This document shows positions 17,701 through 27,500 of a DNA stretch of 64,000 bases, piece by piece; position 1 is the stretch's first letter; every line of letters starts with the position of its first letter. The notes under the pieces were generated by a model. It had not been told where the DNA came from, ran no database searches, and was given only the letters and a program-made list of their open reading frames with translations. The DNA is from an uncultured delta proteobacterium (GTDB taxonomy: Bacteria > Myxococcota_A > Polyangia > Polyangiales > JAFGIB01). The translations under genes were made by a program, and so were the position numbers. Location: assembly GCA_963778655.1 (NCBI GenBank), contig CAVZVA010000009.1, forward strand, positions 906,235 to 970,234. The letters run 5' to 3'.

Positions 17701-18144
17701 TCAGTCGGTGCGAACGGTTCGCACCAGCAGCCCGGCTTCGTCGAGCATCGCAGCGCTCAGGTCGAAGTCCTCCCGCCAGCGCTCCGGGATCTCGAGGCCG
17801 GCCGGGTACGCGATTTCGGCGATGCCGGCTTGTATCAGCGAGCGCGCGCAACGCGTACAGGGCGGCCAGGTCACGTACGCGATGCAGCCCTTGAGCGAGA
17901 CGCCGATGCGCGCGGCGTGCATGATCGCGTTCTCCTCGGCATGGCACGCCAGTGGGTATTTCTTCTCCCGGTCTTGGAGGCGTTCGGCGTTGTCCTCGAT
18001 GCCGCGGGGAAAGCCGTTGAAGCCGGTGCTGCGGATCTCGCGGTCGGGGCCCACGACCACGCAACCGACCTGCGTCGACGGGTCCTTGCTCCACTGCGCA
18101 ATATGCTTCGCAAGAGCTACGAAACGCGCGTCCCAGTTCGCCAT
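17701..18144 (-). CDS. deoxycytidylate (dCMP) deaminase / ComEB-like cytidine-deoxycytidylate deaminase
   Basis: ATG 18144 gives MANWDARFVALAKHIAQWSKDPSTQVGCVVVG. Zinc motifs CHAEENAI and PCTRCA are present. The ORF-track start at 18642 adds a non-homologous leader. Confidence 0.88.
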   Translation of the reverse strand: MANWDARFVALAKHIAQWSKDPSTQVGCVVVGPDREIRSTGFNGFPRGIEDNAERLQDREKKYPLACHAEENAIMHAARIGVSLKGCIAYVTWPPCTRCARSLIQAGIAEIAYPAGLEIPERWREDFDLSAAMLDEAGLLVRTVRTD

Positions 18145-18439
18145 CGAGCGGCCGCTCCGGATCGGGTCCAAAAGGGCGGCGCGGCTGTCTCGCGGGCGCC
18201 CGGAAGCTCGCTCATACCGCGTCGCGGGATTCGCAGCCAGCTCAAATCTCGGGCCTACGCACATGTGGGACAGGGTCAGCGCGCTTTTCTGCGTTTGCCG
18301 CGAGCCGACCGCTGGACATCGCGCACACTCCGGATACGAGATAGGCTGTAGCACGGACGCGGTTCGCTTAGGATTGGGTGAGGGTGACGGTGCGAGGTCG
18401 GTCCAGGTGGCGAAGGCGTTGTCTGTCGAAGTAGCCGAG

Positions 18440-20002
18440 ATGACCAGGTGGTTGGCTGGCGCACCGTGGGTGCTCGCGGCGGTCATTTTCGGCACGGGCT
18501 GCGGGCTCGCGCGAAGCCCCGAGCTTTCCGGCGACTCGCGCGCGCCACAGGCGACGGTGGCCGTGCCCACGCGCAATACCGTTACCAACAACAACGGCAA
18601 CGACACCACCCAGAGCTTCGGCCCCATGGCCGTGCCCACCACGCCGGTGATGCCGATGCAGACCGGCGGCCTGCAGTGCGGTGGAGTGTTTTGCCCCTTT
18701 GCCGCCGATCCGATTCAGCCGTGCTGCACGTCCGAAGCCGATGTCACGGCAGGCGCGGCGCGGACGGCGGGCCAGTGCGGCCTCGACTTCAGCCAAACCG
18801 CCGCCACCTACTACGGCGGCTCGTGCTGGCAGCGCGATCAGCTCGGCGTGGTCGATGACCGCTGTCCTGCGGTCATGGTGGCCGGCGGGCTGCAGGAGCC
18901 AGGCTGCTGCAGTGACCAGGGCAAGTGCGGGGGGCTGAACACGACCGAGATGCTCGGCTGTCATTACGCGGCCGGCGAGACGCCCAAGCCGTGCGGCATG
19001 ATGGACGTCGAAAAGGACAAGACCTGCGAGCCGCTCGGCATTTTCGGCATTCGCTCGCTGGTCGACGTGTCTTGGGGCGGGCGTTCCGGCGGATTGGTCG
19101 GCTTGACCGACGACGGCCGGGCAATGATGACCTTCCACTTGAAGGTCACCGTCAGCAGCATCGATCCCAACACCAACGAGGTGCACGGCGAGGTCCAGCC
19201 GTGCAACGTGGTGCTGCCGCCGTTCTACAGCACCACGCTGTGCGAGTCGTACTTCCCCGAGTTCCCGGTTTCGATCTGGGAGAGCCCGAAGCTGCCCAAG
19301 ATCGAGCTGAGCGGCCGCTACCAATGCCTCAATCCCGGCTGCATCATGACGATCGACGCCAAGACTGCGCTGCTCGGCATCGATCTGACCAATCCCGAAG
19401 CGCCGTGGCCATCACCCACGGATACGCCCTCGCTGAGCTGCCCTGCCGGAAGTGGTGCGCAATGCTTCCCCGATCAGGACAACGACAAGCTGCCTGGGAT
19501 GACGGTCAAGCTGCGCACGATGGGCATGGCGCCGCCCGGCGTCGGCTGTGCGAATACCGGATACGCCTTTCAAGGCGCGCCGCTCAGCTCGAGCCCGGCC
19601 GCGATCTTCGGCGGCGTGCGGCGCGCCGACCGTGTGCTGCTGGGAACGCGGACCAAGCTCGGCGGCTCGGGCAAGATCTCCGACGACTGCAACAGCGGAA
19701 GCGGTACCGGCATTGCCGAGTTCGTGCAGTCGCGGGCCTGGGGCTGCCTGGTGCAACCGGGCACCGCGGACTTTCCCGGGCCGGCGGCGGGGCCGAACGA
19801 GGCCTGCGGCGCGGCTCAGGCCCAGTTCCTCGATGAGAACATGCCGATCTACAACATCCTCGCCGTGGGACAGGCACCCGACCCGATGCTCAACGTGGTC
19901 GACAAGTCGGTCAGCGAGGGTTCCAAGTTCAGCATGGTGCGTCTGGGCAAGCTCGGCGACACCGTGACCTGCGCGGACGTGCGCAACGCGACTTATCCCT
20001 GA
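18440..20002 (+). CDS. secreted Cys-rich lipoprotein, unknown function (module A + module B)
   Basis: ATG 18440 gives MTRWLAGAPWVLAAVIFGTGCGLA (lipobox). The N-terminal Cys-rich module reads QCGGVFCP...CCTS...QCG...PGCC...CGG...GC. It also has a roughly 400-aa C-terminal domain shared with the next gene. The ORF-track start at 17603 runs antisense through the dCMP deaminase gene. Confidence 0.75.
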   Translation: MTRWLAGAPWVLAAVIFGTGCGLARSPELSGDSRAPQATVAVPTRNTVTNNNGNDTTQSFGPMAVPTTPVMPMQTGGLQCGGVFCPFAADPIQPCCTSEADVTAGAARTAGQCGLDFSQTAATYYGGSCWQRDQLGVVDDRCPAVMVAGGLQEPGCCSDQGKCGGLNTTEMLGCHYAAGETPKPCGMMDVEKDKTCEPLGIFGIRSLVDVSWGGRSGGLVGLTDDGRAMMTFHLKVTVSSIDPNTNEVHGEVQPCNVVLPPFYSTTLCESYFPEFPVSIWESPKLPKIELSGRYQCLNPGCIMTIDAKTALLGIDLTNPEAPWPSPTDTPSLSCPAGSGAQCFPDQDNDKLPGMTVKLRTMGMAPPGVGCANTGYAFQGAPLSSSPAAIFGGVRRADRVLLGTRTKLGGSGKISDDCNSGSGTGIAEFVQSRAWGCLVQPGTADFPGPAAGPNEACGAAQAQFLDENMPIYNILAVGQAPDPMLNVVDKSVSEGSKFSMVRLGKLGDTVTCADVRNATYP

Positions 20003-20122
20003 ACCAGCTGCGCGTTCCTGCGGCGCTCCCCCACGGCACTGTGCAAAACAGGCCACCGTTGTGTTCCGCAGGTAACCGCCTAGACTCCGCCTAGGGGAAA
20101 GCTTGCGAGGGTGCTGCCTGTG

Positions 20123-22981
20123 ATGCGGATTGATCGACTCGTCTCAACCGTCCCACTCGTGTTGTTGATGGCCGCCGGCTGTTCGGGCTCGCACAACGCG
20201 GACAAAGTCGACGGCGGCGCGATGCAAGATGCCGGCGGCGGGGGGAGCACCAAGAACGACGCCGGCAAGGACGGGTCGGTCAAGCCCGGCACCGGGGGAA
20301 AGGGCAGCGGCGGGACAGGCGGCAGCGGCGGGACAGGCGGCAGCGGCGGTGGCGGCGATGCCGGGTCGATGAGCTGCGGCAAGCAGACCTGCATGGCGCC
20401 CTCGACCTGCGACACCAGCGGAAGCACGCCGGTCTGCACCTGTCCCCCGCACTACCGGCTGACAACCTCGGGCACCACCTCGAGTTGTACGGATATCGAC
20501 GAGTGCGCCACTGCAGCGCTCAACGACTGCGACAGCCACGCGACCTGCACCAACACGCCCGGCGGCTATGACTGCGCCTGCAACGAGCCGGCCTGGAGCG
20601 GCGACGGCAAGAGCTGCGCCTGCGCCAGCGGCTACAGCGACAGCTCGGGCGACTGCAAGGCCGACGACGGCACCGCTTGCGGCTCTGACGACGACTGCAC
20701 CAACGGTCACTGCGTGGCTTCGGTGTGCTGCGCCAGCGCCTGCGATGGCCCCGGCGCGTGCCAAGTCGCCGACGGCGCCACCTGCGCGGATGGCTCGACC
20801 TGCGTGTATGCGGCGGCAGACGACGGCACCGCCTGCGACGACGGCGACGGCTGCACCATGACCGACACCTGCAGCGGTGGCGCCTGTACGGGCAGCGGCA
20901 CGCCGGATTGCAACGACGACAACCCATGCACGGCCGACAGCTGCGTGTCGCCGGGCGGCTGCACCCACGACGGCACTGGCATCACAGACGCCTGCATGGT
21001 CGGTGTCGCAGACGTGTGCAACACCTACCAGTGCCGTGGCGACGCCGCAGGCCATTGCGACAGCACCCCGACCGCGACGGCGATGAGCTGCACGAGCCTC
21101 AACAGCCAGTGTACGACCGGCATCTGCGATCCCACTGCCGGCTGCATGGCGATGGCGACCCGCGAAGGCATGGACTGCGACGACGGCGATCCCTGCACGG
21201 ACGGCGAGGTTTGCACCTCGGGCACGTGCACGGGTGGCACTGCGCAGAGCTGCAACGATGGCAATCCGTGCACCGACGATCTTTGTGCGGCGGGGGTGGG
21301 TTGTCAGTACAACGTCAACGCTGCGTCTTGCGACGACGGCAATCCGTGCACCCAGAACGACCAGTGCTCAAACGGTGCCTGCCAGCCCGGTGCTTTGAAG
21401 AGCTGCCCTGGGGACACCTGCAACGATGGCGTTTGCAACACGTCGAACGGTAACTGCGAGAAGACCCCGAAGTCGGGTACGATCTCCTGCGATGACAACA
21501 ATTCCTGCAGCGCCAGCAGCACCTGCTCGAACGGGACTTGCCCGTACAACGGCAGCACCGACGCATGTGGCGCCGGCGCCACGGACTGCAACGGGTCGGG
21601 CGCATCGCCCGACTGCACGTGCGACACGGCCAACGGCTACACCAAAGTCAACGGCGTGTGCGTGCCCACGGTCAACGAGTGCGACAGCAATCCCTGCGTG
21701 AACATTGCGAGCTGCACGGATCCTTCAGGCAACAGCGGAGACTTCAGCTGCCAATGCCCTGATGGCTACAGCGGCGACGGCAAGGTGTCCGGGACCGGCT
21801 GCACCAATATCAACGAGTGCGCCGGCGATCCATGCGGCACCGATTCCGGCACTCAGTGTGTCGAGAACTCGCCTGGGCAAGGCTACCATTGCAACTGCGG
21901 CTCGGGCTTGGTCTCCATCGATCCGACCGCAGACGGCGTCAACAACCCGACCTGCGCCTGCAACATGACCGGTACATTTGCGGTGCGCCTCGCCACGCCC
22001 CTCAGCTGGCCGCCGGTCACCAATTCGTTGACCGGAACCCAGGTCATCGACGGCGGCTCGGAGACCACCTATTCGTGGGCGATTCGGCGGATGACCTACG
22101 ATTCCAGCGGCAATCTGTCGGGCACCGTTATTCTCTGCGGCGCGACCACTCCCGATCTCTGCGGTGATGGGGTCACCGGGTTCATCGCGCCCGAGGCCTA
22201 CGCGCAGTTCGTGTCCAATCAGGCGTGGGGCACGGGGAACGCATGCCAGTGCGAGGGCACCTGCCAATGCTCGAGCTGTCCCAGCAAGGCGACCACGAGC
22301 ATTGCATCGTTCGCCCTGCCCAACGCGCGCAAGGATCAGCCGTATCAGGAGCCGCTTACCGCGCAGCTGTTCGGTATCTCTCTGACCGATCCGTTCGGCG
22401 CCTGGCCCGCGAGCCGCTCGAACGTTGGCGCCGCCGGATCGAGCGGCGGGACCAACGGGGCCGTCTGGGTCGACCACGACGGGGATTGCAACCCTGGCGT
22501 GACCAGCTACGCCGTGCCTTCGGGCGGCATCGGCATCGACAACGCGATCCCCGATCCTCCGTTCGCCTATCCAGCCAATTCCGCGGCGTGTCCGCGGGGC
22601 GCCAGCCATCAAAATGATCCACGCTTGCCGTACGCGTACGTTCCACAGAGCGAATTCGGGGCCGTTCGACGCGTCAACGAAGTCTACAGCGCACAACGTG
22701 TCATCAGTCAGCTCAAGGGCACCTTCGCCGACTGCGACAACATCTCCGGAGACGTGGTGGGCCCCAACAATGGGCCGATCCAGAGCGATTCCCGAATCCA
22801 GGGTTGCACCGACGACTCGTCTGACGGCGTGTGCGGCAGCAGTATCGTGAGCAGCCTCGACACCACGCCGCAGAGCCAAACCATCAGCAACGCGACGTTC
22901 GTGATGAAGCGCCTGTCCAACGACAGCAACTTCACGGTCAGCTGCGACCACATCCGGAACACCGACTTGCCCAAGCCGTAG
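20123..22981 (+). CDS. large secreted lipoprotein with cbEGF-like modules and Myxococcus-type cysteine-rich repeats (module B at C-terminus)
   Basis: The signal/lipobox is MRIDRLVSTVPLVLLMAAGCSG (GTG 20111 is an alternative start). A Gly/Ser/Thr spacer follows. EGF-like units are present: DIDECATAALNDCDSHATCTNTPGGYDCAC, VNECDSNPC...FSCQCPDGYSGDG and NINECAGDPCG...YHCNC. Repeats of the CxDGNPCTxDxC type occur many times. The C-terminal domain is homologous to that of 18440-20002. Confidence 0.85.
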   Translation: MRIDRLVSTVPLVLLMAAGCSGSHNADKVDGGAMQDAGGGGSTKNDAGKDGSVKPGTGGKGSGGTGGSGGTGGSGGGGDAGSMSCGKQTCMAPSTCDTSGSTPVCTCPPHYRLTTSGTTSSCTDIDECATAALNDCDSHATCTNTPGGYDCACNEPAWSGDGKSCACASGYSDSSGDCKADDGTACGSDDDCTNGHCVASVCCASACDGPGACQVADGATCADGSTCVYAAADDGTACDDGDGCTMTDTCSGGACTGSGTPDCNDDNPCTADSCVSPGGCTHDGTGITDACMVGVADVCNTYQCRGDAAGHCDSTPTATAMSCTSLNSQCTTGICDPTAGCMAMATREGMDCDDGDPCTDGEVCTSGTCTGGTAQSCNDGNPCTDDLCAAGVGCQYNVNAASCDDGNPCTQNDQCSNGACQPGALKSCPGDTCNDGVCNTSNGNCEKTPKSGTISCDDNNSCSASSTCSNGTCPYNGSTDACGAGATDCNGSGASPDCTCDTANGYTKVNGVCVPTVNECDSNPCVNIASCTDPSGNSGDFSCQCPDGYSGDGKVSGTGCTNINECAGDPCGTDSGTQCVENSPGQGYHCNCGSGLVSIDPTADGVNNPTCACNMTGTFAVRLATPLSWPPVTNSLTGTQVIDGGSETTYSWAIRRMTYDSSGNLSGTVILCGATTPDLCGDGVTGFIAPEAYAQFVSNQAWGTGNACQCEGTCQCSSCPSKATTSIASFALPNARKDQPYQEPLTAQLFGISLTDPFGAWPASRSNVGAAGSSGGTNGAVWVDHDGDCNPGVTSYAVPSGGIGIDNAIPDPPFAYPANSAACPRGASHQNDPRLPYAYVPQSEFGAVRRVNEVYSAQRVISQLKGTFADCDNISGDVVGPNNGPIQSDSRIQGCTDDSSDGVCGSSIVSSLDTTPQSQTISNATFVMKRLSNDSNFTVSCDHIRNTDLPKP

Positions 22982-23071
22982 ATCGGCCTCGCTCAAGGCG
23001 CGGCGCGCTGCTCGCGCCTGCGCCCCGCCCGACCGGCAGCGCTGGCGCTCGATGGCGCGCCTGGCACGAAG

Positions 23072-23374
23072 TCACTGGTTGAGCAGCCAGACCCACAGGC
23101 CGATCACAGAGGCTCCGACCCCGGCCATGCCGACGTAGACGAGCCAGTCCATGCTCAGCTGACTTGCGATGTAGGCCACGGCCCACGAGAGCAAGAACGG
23201 CACCATGAAGATGCGCACCGCGCGGAACAGCCCCTCAATCGGTCCGTCGGGCACGGGCTCGTCGTCGTCGTCCTCGAGCTCATCCTCCGCTCCGGGCGGC
23301 TCCTCCGGCCCGGAAGCCTCGGCGGCTTGCGGCTCGACCTCGGGCTCTTGCGGGTCCTGATCGGAGTGATCCAC
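23072..23374 (-). CDS. small membrane protein with an acidic N-terminus, unknown function
   Basis: The 100-aa product has an Asp/Glu/Pro-rich first half (EDELEDDDDEPVPDG). Two hydrophobic helices follow (IFMVPFLLSWAVAYIA, VYVGMAGVGASVIGLWVWLL). I recognise no family. Confidence 0.5.
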   Translation of the reverse strand: MDHSDQDPQEPEVEPQAAEASGPEEPPGAEDELEDDDDEPVPDGPIEGLFRAVRIFMVPFLLSWAVAYIASQLSMDWLVYVGMAGVGASVIGLWVWLLNQ

Positions 23375-23469
23375 GTCCTGCTCGCGGGGCGCAGCCTAGC
23401 CGCCGTCTCGCGGCAGCACCAGCCCCGAAAGCGAGGCCTCGGGAGCGGGGCAGGATCCGCCGTGCCGGC

Positions 23470-24195
23470 TCAGTGGCCGCCGGTGCCCATGCCGCCGGTG
23501 CCCATGCCGCCGGTGCCCATGCCGCCGGTGCCCATGCCACCGGTGCCCATGCCACCGGTGCCCATGCCGCCGGTGCCCATGCCGCCGGTGCCCATGCCGC
23601 CGGTGCCCATGCCGCCGGTGCCCATGCCGCCGGTGCCCATGCCGCCGGTCCCCGCGCCGGCCGCGCCCATCGGCGGAGCAGTGCCGTCGCAGTTCTTGGG
23701 TTGCAGGCCGGGCGCGATCAGCGCCAGGAGCATGCTGTTGCGCGGAATGCAGCCCATGCCGGTGAGCAGATCTTGGATGCCGCAGGTGTTCGTGTTGGGC
23801 ACGCAACAGCCCGGCACGTTGTTACCCATGATGGTTTCATCCGGGCACAGCGACGAATTCTGCATCGGCGCCATGCACTGCGCGTTCGAGGTGTCGAGCG
23901 CAGCGTTGTGCGTGCCGCACTGGTTGGCGCTGGTGCAGCAGATCTGCACGCACGCGGCCGCGAGGCCGGCTGACACCGCAGGGCACGCGACACCGCCGCA
24001 GCTCGTGATCGGCGTGGCCGGCATCGGGCACAAGCTCGCGGGCATACCGCCGGTCCCCGGCGCCGTGCTACCGCCCGTGCCGACCACGGTCGTGCCGCCG
24101 GTGCCTGCGGCCCCGGCTGCGTCGTTGTTCTTCTTGCTGCTGCAGCCTAGAGCCGTCACACAGCACACCCAAACCATCGTTGTTCTCCACCACAT
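23470..24195 (-). CDS. secreted Cys-rich lipoprotein (module A) with a C-terminal (GTGGM)n repeat tail
   Basis: The signal/lipobox is MVWVCCVTALGCSS. The Cys-rich module reads SCGGVACP...CCTSANQCG...PGCC...CG...GC. The C-terminus consists of 11 GTGGM pentapeptides and ends in GTGGH. Confidence 0.7.
   Translation of the reverse strand: MWWRTTMVWVCCVTALGCSSKKNNDAAGAAGTGGTTVVGTGGSTAPGTGGMPASLCPMPATPITSCGGVACPAVSAGLAAACVQICCTSANQCGTHNAALDTSNAQCMAPMQNSSLCPDETIMGNNVPGCCVPNTNTCGIQDLLTGMGCIPRNSMLLALIAPGLQPKNCDGTAPPMGAAGAGTGGMGTGGMGTGGMGTGGMGTGGMGTGGMGTGGMGTGGMGTGGMGTGGMGTGGMGTGGH
23476..23650 (-). repeat. 15-bp tandem repeat, about 11.7 copies (coding: GTGGM pentapeptide)
   Basis: The plus-strand unit is gccRccggtgcccat, repeated head-to-tail from 23476 to 23640 (11 full units), followed by a partial unit. 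The only variation is G/A at unit position 4 (A in the units starting 23536 and 23551). Confidence 0.95.
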
Positions 24196-24504
24196 GGCTT
24201 CGGGACGTTAGGCATTCTTTCGCGCTCAGGCAATGGGCTCCAGGGCGACATCCCACGTTGAGGACGCGCCACCAGTTGCTCGCAAGCGCCCGCACGCGAT
24301 CGCCGCGAGGTCCCTCGCCGCGGACGCGTCTCGAGCCCGTCGCGGGGTATCGACCTCCCCTCAGAAGTGGGGCGCGCGCACGTCCAGACCTACATGCGCG
24401 CGTCGCAGCGTCCACCTGGGCCGGCCGGACACACGTTCCCCGCGCCGTGCCGATCACATCGCGGCGTCGCAGTGCGTGCTGTAGAATTGAAGCCGAGTCC
24501 GCGG

Positions 24505-27500
24505 ATGGCCAACAGCCAGGTTCTAGCCAGCATCATACCCGGCAGCCTGATTGCCGGACGCTACACAGTGGAACACGCCCTGGGCAAAGGGGGTATGGGC
24601 ACGGTCTACGCCGTGCGCGACGCCTCGTCCGGGCGCTCGCTGGCGCTCAAGTACCTCCAGCGCGAAGCCGCCGTGGAGAAGGGGCCGGCGGCCGCGCTGT
24701 TCCAGCGCGAGTATCACACGCTCGCGCACCTGCGGCATCCGCGCGTGATCCAGGTGTACGACTACGGCGTCGACCACGGCCGGCCGTTCTACACGATGGA
24801 GCTGCTCGACGGCAGCGATCTGCGCGAGCTCGCGCCGGTGCAGTGGCCCCGCGCCTGTCGCTTGCTGCGCGACGTGGCGTCGTCGCTGGCGCTGCTGCAC
24901 TCGCGCCGCTTGCTCCATCGCGACCTCAGCCCACGCAACGTGCGCTGCACGCGAGACGGGCAGGCCAAGCTGATCGACTTCGGCACGATGGCGCCGATGG
25001 GTCTGGCCAAGGACGTGGCGGGCACGCCGCCGTACATGGCGCCTGAAGCGATCCACGGCCAGGTGCTGGACGCGCGCACGGACCTGTACGCGCTGGGCGC
25101 GCTGGCGTACTGGACGCTGACCGGGTACGACGCCTATCCGGCGCGCGACGCGCGCGAGCTGCGCCAGCTGTGGCCGCGCGCCATCCTGCCCCCGTCGGCA
25201 TTCGCCAAAGGCGTGCCCGAAGCGCTCGACGCGCTGGTGATGTCCCTGCTCAGCCTCGACCCCCAGGCGCGACCCAGCCACGCCGCCGAGGTGATCGAGC
25301 GCCTGACCGCGGTAGCGGCGCTTCCGCCCCTGGACCAACCCGAGGTCGCGCGCGCCTATCTGACTTCCCCGACGCTAGTCGGGCACACCGAGACCCTGAA
25401 CAGTTTCCACAGGCGTCTGGTGCGCGCCGTGCGTGGTCGCGGCAGCTCGGTGCTGGTGCGGGGCAGCGCGGGCAGCGGCCGCAGCCGCCTGCTGCAAGCC
25501 CTGGTGCTCGAGGCCAAGCTCAACGGCGTGCTGGTGCTCGCGGCGGACGCGGAGGACGCGCAGCGCGGCGAGCTGGGCGTGCTGCGCGCGCTGATCGAGC
25601 GCTTGGTCGAGGCGGCTCCCGATCTTGCGGCGAGCAGCTTCGAGCCCTACGCCGCCGTGCTGGGCGGGCTCTTTCGCGCGCTTCACGCGCGGCTTCCCAA
25701 CGCCCGGCCGACCAGCCTGCTGGCCGACCGGCGGGCACAGCTCGCGCGCGAGCTGCAAGCCGTGCGCGAGTGGCTGCTCGCGGTGTCGCGCGAGCGTGCG
25801 TTGATGGTGGCCATCGACGATGCGGACCATGCAGACGAAGCCTCCCGCGCGTGTCTGACGCTGCTGGCCGGAGACGCGCCGCATGCGTGTCTGGTAGTCG
25901 CGGCGGCGCTCGAGAGCGAGCAGGGCCACGAGGCGCTGGAGCTGCTGGCGGCCGGCGCCGTGCACGTCGCGCTGCGGCCGCTCGACGCGGAGCAATCGCT
26001 GCGGCTGCTGCGTTCCGTGTTCGGCGACGTACCGCAGCTGCAGGTGGTCGCGGACTTCATCCACACGCTCGCCCAGGGCAATCCGCGCACGATCATGGAG
26101 CTCGCGCAGTATCTGGTCGACCGCAGCATCGCACGCTACGAGCGCGGCACCTTTACCTTACCCGAAACGCTGCGCGATCAGGCCTTACCCAAAAGCATCG
26201 AGCAGGCGCTGTCCACGCGGATCGCGTCGCTCAGTCCTCCGGCGCGCGCGCTGGCCGAGGCGCTCTCGCTGGTGACCGATCACGGCCATCTCGAGCTCGA
26301 CGAGGTGGTCGAGCTCTCGGGTCCCCAGGGCCCGAAGCAGGCCTATGGCGCCGTCGACGAACTGGTCGCCTCGCAGGTGCTGGTCGCCGCAGGCAGCAAG
26401 CACCACCTCAGCCACCGAGGCCTGGCCCAGGCGCTGCAACGCAAGCTGCTGCCCGAGCGCCGGCGTCTGCTGCACCTGCGCTTGGCGGCCGTGTACGAGG
26501 ATCGCGCCATGCGCGCGCACGGGGCGGACGCCCGGCTGCTGGGCGCGTATCACCGCTACCTGGGCGGCGACATGGACGCCTGCCTGGCGGCAATCGCCAG
26601 CGAGAGGCTGATCGCCGATTCGGCGTTTCGACGCACGGCCGAGGCGGCCCAGATGTACGACGCTTGCGTCACGCACTTCGAGGCCGCCGGCTTGCCGCCC
26701 TCGCGGCTGTATCCGCTGCGCAAGGCGCTGCTGTGGCTCTCCTCGAGCACGGATCCCACGATGATCAAGCACGCCGGGCCCGCGCTGGCCCAGCTCTGTC
26801 ACGACTCGGGTCGGATCTACGTGGAAGAGATCACCGACGAGCCCGATCCGGTGGCACGGATCCGCCGCTGCATCGACCGCGCCCGCAGCACGTACGAACG
26901 CGCCGACCCCTCGCAGCGCGGGCTTACGCCGGTCGAGGCGATCCGTGAGCTCGGGACGTGCACGCTGATGCTGACCGAGACGTATGTGCTCAACAACGAC
27001 GCCGCGGCGCTCGCGCGCTTGCCCGACGCGATCGATCCCTTCCGGCCGCTCTCCGCCGTGCTTGGCCTGCTGCGCGAGCTGGCGAGCCAGGCGCTCGAGG
27101 CGCTGCGCGGCAAAGACGTCGCCCAGCGCCGTCTGGCCTTGCTCGAGCGGCTCGATCTCCCCCTCGAGGGCCTCGAGCCCAGGTCCCAGCATGCGATTCG
27201 GTGCAGCTTGATCTACTGGCACGCCATGGACGAGGCCGCGCTCGGCAAGCCCGCGGTGCTGGAGCGCGCCGCGGAGCTCGAGCGGCATCCGCTCTACGCG
27301 CCGCTGGGCGCCCAGGTGCGCAGCGTGTTCCATCTGTTCTCCGGCAACGAGGAGGAAGCCGAGCGCTGGCAGCGGCGCCGCGAGCGGCTGTCGTTGCAGA
27401 CCCCGTTCTCGAACTTCGCGAGCACCCGCGGGATCATTCACGAGGCCTTCGGCTACTACCTGTGCGGCAGCGTGCTCGGGATGCGGCGCACGCTGCAGGC

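Noticed and set aside
17603-18439. N-terminal 279-aa extension of the 799-aa ORF (and similar extensions of 41774-45118, 38846-40444, 15009-16313, 31600-32910, 61373-62776)
   Set aside because: The extensions overlap better-supported genes on the other strand or cross promoter regions. They lack homology-like motifs. Internal starts with RBS and signal peptides, or with canonical N-termini, explain the conserved parts.
23476-23650. Possible CRISPR-like array
   Set aside because: The repeats are contiguous 15-bp units with no spacers, lie inside a coding frame, and no cas genes are present.
23327-24211. Plus-strand ORF with a (PVPMP)n repeat
   Set aside because: It is the reverse-complement reading of the 15-bp repeat. 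It lacks a signal peptide or other motifs. The minus-strand ORF, in contrast, has a lipoprotein signal and shares a Cys-rich module with a neighbouring gene.
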